Below, piece after piece: positions 1-12,400 of a stretch of DNA of 64,000 nucleotides (positions are counted from its first letter, which is position 1; each line of letters opens with the position of its first letter). The translations under genes and the position numbers were made by a program. The DNA comes from Styela clava. Its lineage: Eukaryota. The stretch is taken from assembly GCF_964204865.1 (NCBI RefSeq), contig NC_135262.1, forward strand, positions 10,230,001-10,294,000. Direction: 5' to 3'. The notes under the pieces were generated by a model. It was not told the DNA's origin. It worked only from the letters and a program-made list of their open reading frames with translations, and made no database searches.

Positions 1-18
1 AATGGTGGTTACTTAAAC

Positions 19-1206
19 CATTGGTTCCCAACCGCCGGTCCGCGGACCGGTGCCGGTACGCGAAGCTTTTTTGCCCGTCCGTGAGAAAATTTTCGTATTT
101 TGTTGTTTTATGCCGTCTAAATCGCTTTACCGAGGACGAGGTCGCGTTGGTTTATTACGCAATTTCTCTTCCGCCGTCATATTGCGACATCTTGGCGCCG
201 AGTAATCATACTTTTCGCTTTTTAAACTGGCACGCGTGCTTTTTCTGTTCTGCGTGCTTTTCCTGATTAATATGACCATCCAAATAAAACGTTATGAATA
301 TTTCTTTGTTCAAACCAAAAAACAGTCAAGAAAAGTATAATACTTCAGTAAAATAATATGGCAGGTGGTCACGAAGAGCGCAAAAAAGCATGGGCCGCTG
401 AGATCTTTTCCAGTAACTTGAGCAGACAAAGTAGGATTGTGAGCCTGGTGCCAAATTACCGACGACTTTGTCATTGTAATGTAAATTCATTCGAAGCATC
501 GATCAACTGCAGAGGGATTAATATGATAAACCCAATGAAAAAGCTTGATTTAAATTGCGATTCTACTTTACAGTCCAGATTTAAAATAGAATCACTATCA
601 CAATTTTGGATATCTCTTGATAACGAATACCGATCGCTAAGTAATCGAGCAATCAAACTGTTGTCCGTATTTTCAACGAGTTACTTATATTTTTATTACT
701 TATATATAAAAATATTTATTTTCATCACTAGCTTTAATTAAAGCGAAGCAAGGAAATTGGCTGCACGCCGCTGCAGGGCTACGTGTGGCAGAAACTTCCT
801 TGGGGCATCGTTTGCAATCTTATATTGGAAACTAAACAGCAGCAAAATTTTCATTAGAGTTAATTGCGTTTGTACATGATTTGACATGTACATGCTTTTT
901 ATGTGAGATGTTTCATGTGTGCCTTTCTTACGCATAATGGGTGCCCAGCACTGCATTTCATTACGCAAATATTTTTGGCCGGCACATTATTTGATAGTTT
1001 TTCTTCGTGTAAGCTGTTTTCAAGTGTGCCTTTTTTGTCTAGACTCTAGAATCTAGATGCATATTGAGTGCCCGACATTGCATTGTATTACGCAAATATA
1101 TATATGTTATTCTTTTATGTTCCGGTCATTTCAATTTTTGCCGGTCCGCGAGTACATTTAATTTAATTTTACCGGTCCGCCAGGGTAGAAAGGTTGGGAA
1201 CCACTG
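19..1206 (+). mobile_element. Non-autonomous hAT (Charlie/Buster-like) DNA transposon retaining a fragment of the transposase C-terminal dimerization domain
   Basis: TIRs CATTGGTTCCCAACC (19-33) and GGTTGGGAACCACTG (1192-1206), 1 mismatch. Identical 8-bp TSD ACTTAAAC at 11-18 and 1207-1214. ORF 358-741 contains LNCDSTLQSRFKIESLSQFWISLDNEYRSLSNRAIKLLSVFSTSYL, resembling the hATC domain of Buster/ZBED5/SCAND3-type transposases. Confidence 0.92.
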
Positions 1207-1383
1207 ACTTAAACCACCCTACAACGGTGAGAAGTTCAACAATCCTCTCTCATCGAACCTGAGTACACTTGTAACTGTGATGACAAGAGTGTCTAACGAA
1301 TAATTTGCCAACCGCCAAGATTTTTTAAGCTTTAATGCCTTCATATTATTTACCTCACATAATTTATATTTTCTTTATTCCAG

Positions 1384-1847
1384 CTGAACATTGCGCTACC
1401 AATTTTATTCTGCATTATTTGCGCTTTTATTCTCATTTTATCCTTCGTGAGTGCATTCTGGGAATGCGTTATTGGTACTGCTATCACACTGACGGGTATT
1501 CCAGTATACCTCATTTTTGTAACATTCGAAAACAGGCATCCGGCGTGGTTTGTTAACCTAAAACGTGAGTTATTTTTATGTTTTTATTTTTTTTTTTTTA
1601 AAAACATAGTGAAAACCTCAAGTATTTTGGAGCCAAATACAAGAAAACCAAAATATAGACTGATTTTATCAAAATATTCTGCTTTCAACTTTCATAACTC
1701 TAATTAAAAATCAATTTTTCATCTTGTACAGATTTCACAAAATACTAATTAATATTTTACCTCTATTTTTCAGAAAACCTTACGAAGTTTGTGCAAAAAG
1801 CATGCATAGCTCTTCCACAAAGCGTACAACCCACCAAAGCTGACTAG
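1384..1847 (+). CDS. 3' end (last two coding exons, 1384-1564 and 1774-1847) of an SLC7 L-type/heterodimeric amino-acid transporter light chain (LAT1/LAT2/y+LAT-like)
   Basis: Spliced translation LNIALPILFCIICAFILILSFVSAFWECVIGTAITLTGIPVYLIFVTFENRHPAWFVNLKQNLTKFVQKACIALPQSVQPTKAD* matches the TM11-TM12 and C-tail pattern of SLC7A5/8. Canonical AG/GT sites, phase-1 junction, stop TAG at 1845-1847. Upstream exons lie outside the window. Confidence 0.9.
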
Positions 1848-3504
1848 AAAAAATGTGATAATCAAAAATATCAAGCAGAACTTTTCATAAATTCTCCGTA
1901 ATTTGTACTTTTCATTTTACGAGCATAGAAGAAGTTGTATACCATTTTAGAGAAATACTTGAACATGCTAAACAGGGTATAAGGTGCTTTCAATTCAATT
2001 TGAATATTTCACTGAACTTTTGCACTTTTTCTGCCATATTTCTGACTTATACCTTTATATATTTTGTATTGAATGATAAACCAAATTCAATGTCAAGTTT
2101 AGATAAGGAGATCTTCACACAATTCTCATTTAGATCCGTTTTGGATAGAAATTTCGTAGTCGGAGTCCAGTAATCATAGATAGAATACGAGTCAATCACT
2201 CAGTCTCACGAGATGTTCATTGGTAACAATTTATATGACTTGAGTCACTCTCGAGTGTTTGTGAAAAAAAAAACTCAATTCCAATCAATGACCGAGCTAC
2301 CCCGACACTTTAAAATTCAGATACAATCCTATTTAATAGATGTTGTGTTGTTAAAATCTTGTTAAAATTTCCCCCTTTTTTAAGAATAAACTGTCACTTT
2401 CACTATTTTTGGATAGTTCTCCATACTTAAACAATAGTCAACTTGTTTTTCAAAAATGCACCTTTATCACAGGTACTTGTATAGTTTACTTAAATTTAAT
2501 CCCTGTTTGAGTGTTTTATTACCCACTGTGCCATTGTATTGCTTAAATTTAGTATTGAGTCACAATTATAGCATATGTGTAGTGTGTATTTTCCATAAAT
2601 CTTTCCAACTGAACATACTAATTCATTAAGTAAATGATCATGATACCTTGGGTTGATCATGATACCTTTGGTTAAGATATCATCCATTCCACTGCTTTTC
2701 TTCATGGTTTGGTAAAGCTGGACAACAGCGTACACACTTGTTTTTTTAAACAGTTTGGTATAATCAATGCCTTTTTATTGAAGTTTTTTTCCATATAGTG
2801 ATCATTACCTGTACCAGAAATTGGTAATTGTTATTAGACATATTAGCATAAATGGGGCTGCTTGTACAGAACCTTGTTCAGAGAGGATACATGAAAACAT
2901 CTTGTAGAAAATATTTCATATATAAAGTTTTTTTCTCTGGAATGATTAGAATTTGAACAAATATGTTATCGAAAAAAGAATATGGGCATTTTAGATAATT
3001 ATAGAGTGTTCCAGTCAATTTAAATACGTTTGCCCATCTCTAAGCTTATCTAGTCGAGCGTATGCCCATTAGGGACTTATAACAGCTAATATAGGGTAGG
3101 GTGGGATTTTAAGATTTTGTTTAATGCTATCATTGTTGAAGACTTGGTTAGGCCAAGTATGATTAGGATATAATTATTTTCACTCATCTATGATTTAAGG
3201 TTGCTAGATTTAGGTTCTGGAGTTTTAAAATATCATAATCTGACAGAAAAAATAGAAGGCTGTACATCAGCTAGATAAATTGTTAATTTATTCATCTTGA
3301 TGGTGACATGTTTTTGTTTAGTCTCGCTAGACCACTGTTTTGCATTGGGGAATATCTTTACACTACAGTTTTTTATGACTTGGCCAAAACTGCCATTATT
3401 CCTATGACCTGCTTTTGCAAGAATGTATATACTTTTACTGCTATGCTATACTGTTTAGCAATGCTAGTTTCTGGCCTTGAGAAAGTCTTACATGTTTTTT
3501 CATG

Positions 3505-3801
3505 CGCTGATTATTTGGTTTCTGCGAGACTAACTACTTATCCTTCTTCTATGTTTTTGTGCCGGTGGATCCGTATGCGTATAATGCAAGGATGCTGTAG
3601 CAAGAGTAAAGATAACAATCCTAAGTGATTCAAGAGTCTTGCTGCACACTACCACAAATATATTTCTGTAACGTTTCTTCAGACATGCTTTTCGTGTTGT
3701 AGTTGAATTATGTATGTCTGAAGAAGTCTGACCTTGGTCAGACGAAACGTTACAGAAATATATTTGTGGTAGTGTGCAGCAAGACTCTTGAATCACTTAG
3801 G
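3505..3801. mobile_element. Penelope-like retroelement remnant (inverted pLTR arrangement)
   Basis: Flanked by a 13-bp direct repeat ATGTTTTTTCATG (3492-3504, 3802-3814). Perfect 60-bp inverted repeat 3618-3677/3744-3803. Contains a hammerhead core. A related fragment (GTATAATGCAAGGATGxTGTAGCAA) recurs near 20000-20030. Confidence 0.7.
3709..3760 (+). ncRNA. Minimal type I hammerhead ribozyme motif (Penelope pLTR type)
   Basis: Core CUGAAGA (3718-3724), an extra A, stem II GUCUGACC-UU-GGUCAGAC (3726-3743), GAAA (3744-3747), a minimal palindromic stem III (ACGU) with putative cleavage triplet GUU, and stem I UAUGUAUGU/ACAGAAAUA (7 of 9 paired). Confidence 0.65.
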
Positions 3802-5810
3802 ATGTTTTTTCATGATGTGATTCTTAAGATTGTTTGGCAAGACAATGAATTGTAAAATCTTGTGAGGATGATTATGTAATTTGGGCCCACAACATGGTTA
3901 GTATGGCTACTTCATACAACTACATTGAATTTTATGCATAGCTATTCCTATACCAGATCTGGACGATTTACCATTTTTGATGTGTGAGTGTGACTGGCTC
4001 ACCTCTTCAAGGATCAATATGTATAGTATCCCATCCCTTTATACAGAAATACTGTTAAAGTTGTCTTCATAAATGATGTTACCTTCACTGATGTTTCATT
4101 GCATGCCTTTCACACCAAATTTAACACTCACCAAGGAAAGCTATGATTACTGTTATAATACAACTTGCCTTATAAGTAACATATTGTTTATAGTCAATAT
4201 CACATAATAAAATTTGAAAGAATGCTGTTTAAAATGCAAACTTATACTCCTTGGGCTTGGACTAAGAATTGAATTCTGACAAAAAAAAATGTATCGAAAA
4301 ATCCGCTATTATCCGGACATTTTACACATTCCTGTATGCGGTAACAGTATATTATATTGTTTATTCGAATTTGCCATATTTTATTTCTGACTTTTTGAAA
4401 TGCTTTACCAAAAGCTGCAATAAGTTGTAAAAAAATTAGAACATCAGGGTAAGTGTTTTTCATTTTTTAGATACTTTTAGTTTTTCATCTTCAAAAGTGC
4501 ATTATATGGGTATTGTTCGTTCTTTTATGTTACTAGTAATGACCACCATACACATCTGGCTTGCTTTACGTATAGCTTACAACTACTGTGCCTTGCCTAT
4601 TGCTTGCGTAATATTTTTGTTATTATATACTAACTCGCGATTGGATTAGAAATAGAGAAAGGGTAATATTGTGAATTTCATCATCCACAGTATATTGAAT
4701 CACTCACTTTTTTGTATGACACGTCTTTCACGTCGAACTATTATTTGAGAGGAGTATTCCTAGTTGTACATTACCTACCCAATTTAATAATCTTGGGTGA
4801 GGAGGGGGCATTGACCCCGAGATATACAATCTGCGATGGGCACACAGTTAAGTATAACATGTTAAACCCCTATCTGATTCAAATAGTAGTAATGAGTAAT
4901 ATTTTTCTTAGATATCTCAACAACTATACACACAGCCTGGTATTTTTGTCTTCTGGCATAAAAGTGTTCACTTATTACTAAAGTTATCAAATAAATTCAA
5001 CAAATCATAAGATTGATTCCCATTCTATAATAATAGAAAAAAGGATTTTGAAAAACGACGTATAAGCCATTTTCTGTCCCAGGTGGCGGTGTGAAACTAG
5101 GATATTCAAAAAATTCCTCTATTACTGTATTTTGACCACTGAAATTTTGCAATATTGCAACATGCTAGTTATCTTTTTAACAATTGTATAAAGGTGCAAC
5201 GCTTCAAATTATTTGTTTTTAATGTCCTTTTTGTAGGATATACAATGGATAATTTCTAGTTTTTATATACACGATGTTGTGCTATATTTACTCATGTTTT
5301 ACCTACGATTTATCTAAGATGATCTTATTCACCACCATTTTGTTTTTTTTTCCGGCCATACCCAATCGTACTTCATTTATATAAAAACCGTACATGTTAG
5401 TTAAAGATTCGTATCATTAAAGTATGATATAATATAGTCCTTTTGTTTTTTATCACTTGAGTTTTTGATCTGGTGGAGAATCGTAGTAGAGTAATAAACT
5501 GGTATGATGGCAGCAGATTTGTGATTTTTCTTTCTGAAGGTAGTCTCTAAGTTTACTGACTAGAACAGCTAAGTTTCTGGCAGATGGCATCAAATTTTGT
5601 GAAGAACGATACGTAGATAAAAGCACTATTTTTTGACCGATGTGCCTGTACCGGTACTGCTTGGCGCAATTAGTGATTCAGTTAAGGTGGATATGACAAG
5701 TGAAAAAAATCTTCGTTTGTGTCTCCGCTCTCAAGCGAAAGTTAATTGACTCACAGTCCCAACGCCGTCTTCTTATCCAACAATCAACACTGTTGTCCAC
5801 TAGTTGTTAT

Positions 5811-5816
5811 TTTATT
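5811..5816 (-). terminator. Candidate polyadenylation signal (AATAAA) of the REJ/GAIN receptor gene
   Basis: TTTATT on +, about 600 nt downstream of the stop codon at 6419-6421. Not unique in AT-rich DNA. Confidence 0.4.
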
Positions 5817-6418
5817 ACTATAAATTATTATATACAATACACAGGGAAAAATAAAATCGACGACAACGATCTATATCTAGAATAGAAAACAAAAACATAT
5901 TAGCAATATTTAATTCCGTTGGTAAAAAGTTATAACGTGAAACTTAGCAGGAAATACCGTAAAAAAATCTTTACTAACTCTTCGTTCTTTCACACACAAT
6001 GACGAATCGACAGTGGATAGGATAGAAAACAGTGTACGTGGTAATTGTTCACGTTATCATCAATATGTTTTCATATGTTAGTGAACATTGATTATTTTCG
6101 GATGGAACTTGGATTGAATTTTTTATCTGCAGAAAATTCTGTCGCATCTAGGTGTTTTCGAGGTATTAATATTACGTCTACCCCGCGGCAGTATCGGGCT
6201 CCGTTTTCCAATACATAGATTGTTAAAATAAAAATAAAATTGATACATAAAAAGTGATTTAATAACGGGAAATAATGCTTTTCGTGCTTAAGGACGAGAG
6301 TAGAAAAAGTCTTAACGTTACAAGATAAGAATATGTAATGTTTCTGACAGAAAACGTCTTGAACGCTATAACTGTAATAATATTTGTATAGTGAAAGTTT
6401 AGGCAAACTTAAAAGTCT

Positions 6419-9400
6419 TCAATCAACTTCACTGTCCGGATCCGATACTCCGCCGGCATCCAACTCTTTCGGCTTTTCGGAATACTCCGGTGGTGGGTCG
6501 GATACTGATTCCGGTCTGAAAGTAGAATTTTTGACTCCACTGGGGCCTGCGTCTTCGTTTGTCAACAATGCTCCTCTGTCATCGTCTCCCAACTTTGTTT
6601 CGTTGTATTTGGGAGGGTTATTCATCCTATTATCTCCGCCAATTTCAACTGAACTATTTGTGGGAGTGACTTGACCCTGGTGCAGAAAGAATGGGGTTTT
6701 ACTGAAAAAATACAGTGAATCGACTTTTCGGCCACTTTTGGAAGAAATATCCATAGTTTTCTCAGAGAATAGTCGATAAAACTCAATAAAAAGTAGAAAA
6801 TTGTATGTATAGTGAAACAAAAGGGCACAAGTTACCACTAATATTATGAAGGGGGGGTTTTTCATTTTGATTTAAGTACAACTTGATACCTGTTGACGTA
6901 AAATTTAAAACATTTTAAGTCAACGGCTATGTCGATTGAAATTGACGACCTGAGGGTTGTCATGAATAATGAAATAGCTTGGCGTTAACTAGGGCTGGGC
7001 ATTTTCGATTAGCCGATGACTTCATAATCGAATATTTTTTTGAATTGAATCGAATACATGTAATTAAGTAGGACTTATTTACTGTAGTGGGTCCTGCAGA
7101 CACATTAATTACTGAAAACATGAAATCCATCATCCAGTTATTTCGCTGAGCCTTCAAACAGAATGAGAAACATGTTTCAGCAATTACTAACTAGGTAAAC
7201 GAGTCATATGTCAAAATTGCATTGTAAAAATATGGCTGCAATAAAGACAATTATAATATCCATCTCGACCTTTGGCGGACAGCAAAAACAAGACGGCGGC
7301 GATTCGGAATTTCCGTCTGAATCGATTCGAATAATTTACTATTCGATTCGAATATTCGATTTGAAATGCTTAGCACTGCTAGTAATGAATGTTAAATAGT
7401 ATAGAAATAAACGATAGATAACTTTTACAACTTATGTATAAATGAAAATTAGCCGCTAAATTATTGGAAAACTTGTTGAAAATGAAATGATATTTTTATT
7501 GTCTCCAAGCGATAGTCATTTCAAGAATTGTAGAGGTAATGAAATAATAACAAAATTTTATGTTTTCTACTCGAAACCTTACCCGTTTAGATTTCTTGTA
7601 GTACAAGTACAATAGAACCAGTAGAGCAACCGAAACAGCTATAATCGCAATAGTCAGTCCAACGATGGCTGCGGTACTCAATGAATTGTCTGAAAATGGG
7701 TAAATATGTGAATTATTACACTTCATTGGTCCTGTTATTTCTTCTCCATCATGTAATGGCAAACTTATATACCGTAGAACAAAAATCTTTTTTTTGAAAT
7801 TTCGATTTTGGCATTCATCAAAAAAGAAATGAACCATAAACTAAATATGCAAAACTATTTTAAATAAAACTGAAATAATTTTTAAAACTTTCTGGCTTAA
7901 ATTGTTGATCGGTAATCAAAAATTGCAAAAGGTTTCAAATTAGAAATTAAAATGCTTTCTCACTTCCCGGTTCTTCGTCATCGCATATTGGGTTCAACAC
8001 ACATAGGCCGCCCAATTTTTCTGCGCCTACTGGACAGATACAAGATTTCATTGGAACACATTTCTCCTTACATGTATCGCTTTCTTTATGACAGTAATCC
8101 AAACATTGTCTGATAAAAATAAGTTAACATTAATATTACCCTTTTTTCTCTTAATTTTGCCATCATTTTAACTGGAAGCACCCTAATTGAAACATAACCA
8201 TAGCCATTTTGCATTACAAAAGATGGTGGAACATTCATAAAAAATGCCGGATTGAGCGATGGGAATGTAGGCGGTCTGAAAATGACGAAAAATTAAACAA
8301 AAATCACCGACCATACATGACGATAGGAATAAACCTAGAAGAGAAGCACACCATATATCCGGGGTGCCTGGGGGGTTCGGCACCTTCAACTGCATCCATG
8401 GGACGGTCCACACTCGACTGCGTTATAACAATGCGTAGTGACTTCGGGTTGTCCAAAACGAATCGATATTCGAATGTAAGTGAATATATATCAAAGTATT
8501 TGAACACCTTTTCGGCTGATTTTCGAATAATTCCGAAGGATAGCCACTTTTTGCCATAAACGCGGTGTTGGTAAACTGCACGATATTATTAATTTTTTAT
8601 TCCTATTTTTGTATTTACAAAAAATAAAAGTATTAATACTGTGAAATACTGCGGGAATTTGTGGACACAAAATGTGTGGTAAACTGCCCGATTTACCAAC
8701 ATTTGAGTTACATTAATTGAATCAAATTAATACGACAGAGCATTTTAAATAGTGAATTTGAATATTTTGCGCAACACAAAATCATCCTAATAAGAAGTCC
8801 ATACTTTATATACCAAAATTATTTGCCAAAAAGCGGGATAAAGTATAAATTATTTTTCAAATTGTGACAATTTTTTCGTGAGTACGAAAATACGAATCAA
8901 AATTTAATTATAATCGGTCACAATACCAGTGGACATCAATTGTGTGGTAAACTGCACGATTATTATTAATTTTGATTCCTATTTTCGTATTTAGCAAAAT
9001 ATTAAAAGTGTTATTACCCAGCCTAAATTACAACGACAATCTGCGGACTTAAAATATGTGGTAAAGTGCAGGAATATAATTAATTTTTGATTCGTATTTT
9101 CGTGCTCACGAAGAAATTGTCAGAAGTCGGAAAAATAATTTATACTTTATCCCGCTTTTCGGCAAATGTTAAATATTCAAATCCATGACCGATGCCACTA
9201 TTTAAAATGTCCTGCCGTATTAATTTAGTTCTGTTAACGTATCCCATGCGGTTGCGTCAACTTAGGAAAAAATAAAAGGATTACTATTCTAAAGTATATA
9301 TCGCAGTAATTTGCAAACATGAAATGCCTGGTAATATAGCCAGGTTGTAGATAACAGTTATTGTTTATTGTATGCAAATTCCTTCATACACTATATATAA

Positions 9401-12400
9401 CATTTTTCACTTGTTTTTTTGCAATGTATTCGCACTCGAATTTTCATACTCGAAAATAATAATTTTCAAATGTATTCGGAATAGTGAACTATTCGGTATT
9501 GGTCATCTCTGAATATATTTGTTATATATGAATGCAATACCTAATGCAGTAGTGAAATACAGTTGCATATATTTGAATATATCACGAATGATTATGTCAC
9601 GAAGCAGTCCGTATTTTTTTTAATTTTTATTAAATTTTAACTAATTGCTCGGTATTTCAATTAAACTTCAATATTGTTTCTAAAAAATAAATTCCAATTT
9701 CAAAATATGTTTCTAATATTACCTTGGGCACGTTACCGCTAATTTAGCTGGTGCATTACAAGTCACAGCAGAGTTTGTTGTATCTGTGTTTGTAGTATAT
9801 GTCACATTGCTTACTGGAGTTGTGATAAGAGTTGAAGTAGACGAATCTGTAGTGGTGGACTCGACAGTGTCATTCGAATAAACAAATACCCTGAAGTATG
9901 ATATGATTGTTTTTAATAATACTGCTTTAATTATAAAATATGACAAAGAATGATTATCACAGACAAATTTCATAGCTGGAAATAAGTTTAAAGAAAGAAA
10001 GAGAAAATAGTTCAAACATATTTTGCTGGTTTTTATATAATTAACGAAATAGCCGATTCCCAGCGTTTTTTTTAGGCTTATAGAAATAGAACTTTTTTGG
10101 ACCTCCTGAAGTATGCGCACCCAGAAGGCGCACAACCTGAACTCAGGTTGTGTACCAGGTTAGGAATCAGGTTATGCGGCATCTTGGTGCTCATACTTCA
10201 GGAGCACTTTCTCCAAGAAATCATCAGATACTCTACTTCCATATTATGCCTAATAAAGTTGGAAACACAATGAAAAGTATAGAAAATTTATGAAATTTTC
10301 ATCGAATTACAAAGTACCAGTATAATAGAAATTGTTTGTAAATCTTCGCAAATTATTGACTTATACCGACATCTTGAAGTTTATTTACGGAACTGTACTC
10401 GTGAATCCATGAATAATCATTTACAAGATAGTTTTTCTAATTTTTTTCGTTATTTTATCAAAAGCTGTTATTGAAATCATAGCTCGTTTAAAAAAAAAGA
10501 CACGCTAGGTCAAACGGCATTTCAATCAATCGATCGGCCAGATATGTTTTCGATGGAGACTAGTCAAAATGATGTCGAACGTTTCATACAGAATTTGGTG
10601 GGTGCCGGTAAAGTGTTAAGCCCAACTGTGTTGGTATCTTCGGTTACTCATCTCAAGTCCAAATCGGATCCCCGTCACGTCATTCAGGGTGTAATAAATT
10701 TGTTAGACGCTGCCGAACATAGAGATTCTGGCCTGTCCAAAAATAGTGTCTCCTTACATTGTATACTGAGTCTTGTTCTGAGCGGAATACCTTAGTGACG
10801 TTCATATACAAAAATCAAAACAAACTTACGAGAAATATCCGAAATGTACATTGCACTGGCAAAATACTTCCGTTGCAGAGACCCAGGTGACCATACATCT
10901 TCCAGTTGACCATACAGAGACATCAAGATGGCGGCACTAAAATTATATCAGTTTTAAATACTTCGAACAAATTATTTTCAAGTTTAACATAGATAAAAAA
11001 GAGAGCGATGCTCGAATATATAGACACGAATCTGTCACAGTAGACTACCGTTGCCGCACTCTTCACAACTTCCCCTGACCACCAAATCTAAAACTAAGTA
11101 TTAATTTTATTGACATCCTCGCACACGAAATAAAAATACAATAAACATAAGGGAATTTTTGAAATAAATAAAAGTAATAAATTTCTAGCAAAGAATACAA
11201 TCTTTAACCACTGAAAATTTCAAAGAAATTGGTCCTGTAATTAAATAAAAAAATTTACAATAATAAGAAGAAAAACACCAGGGAGAATAACAAAACGACC
11301 CATAGGTTCACTTCGTTCCCAATAATGTTAGCACGATCGAATTTCCAAAGAGCGATTATCACTAACTGAACAACTGGTTCTATTGCAAAGTATAAGTTTG
11401 TAGCGTTTACCTGTACGATCGTATTGCCGTCTGTCGAAATAGTGAGATTTTTAAAAGTTATTGAAATCGTCTTGGTAAGACCAGTTGTATTTGCCAAATT
11501 ACTCGCATCTTCGCCGTCAGTTGGATTTCGTATGAAGAACTGTAAAAACAATTAATAACATTTTATTTTATTTTCACTAAAGTTTTATTTTGCCCAGCAG
11601 TCATGATATCTTACCGCAGCTATGGGACTGATTCTTGTGGCTTTTGCGTCATCAGACGTGGCGTCAGATTGTATGACGTCATTCATGTATCTTCCGTACG
11701 AAACACAAGCTCCCGGACAGGTATTCTATAAATAAATTAAATAATTATTATCAAGTTTAATCGATTTATTAACACATCGTGACTCCAAGAATGGGAATTC
11801 ATAAATTTCTTAATTACGTTTACGAAAATGAAGAAAATTATCTAACACAAAGGTTTCAGTGATCTAGGAAGCTTTGCACAAAAGTTATGTTGTTTCTAGA
11901 ATACGTTCCAAATGACCTGGTTTCTGTTTTCATGGGTCATTCTGTATTGTATTCAATACGAACTTGGAAAATGTCATTTTCATAAAAAAGAGACACCTAG
12001 AAGGCAGACAAATAACAGTAAAAATTATTTTCATTTTTTCTTTAAAAACTAATATTAAATACATACATTTGTAGAAGGATCGCAACGCCAGTTAGAATAT
12101 TGTGCTTCGATGTCCTCGCTGAACGAAAACTGTAGAAAAACACACAAGAAAAAATTTCAATCATGATGTTCTAGAAATGTAGTATATCCCTAAGTATACA
12201 CTACTACAGCTTCCTAGGTTTTGTTCAAAACGAAATTCTATAGAACCAAACATCCACCATCACGCGCATGGCATGGCACGCGCTAGGTAGATTTAGAAAT
12301 ATTTCTACCCTTTTGAGTCTAGTAGTAGCTAACTATGCATAAACCTAAGTAATCGAGAACTTTTTTAGGAGTAAACATTAAAATTTCCCAAACATTATAA

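Noticed and set aside
8565-9100. CRISPR-like spacing of direct repeats
   Set aside because: Eukaryotic context, irregular spacing, inter-repeat sequences similar to each other, and no cas genes.
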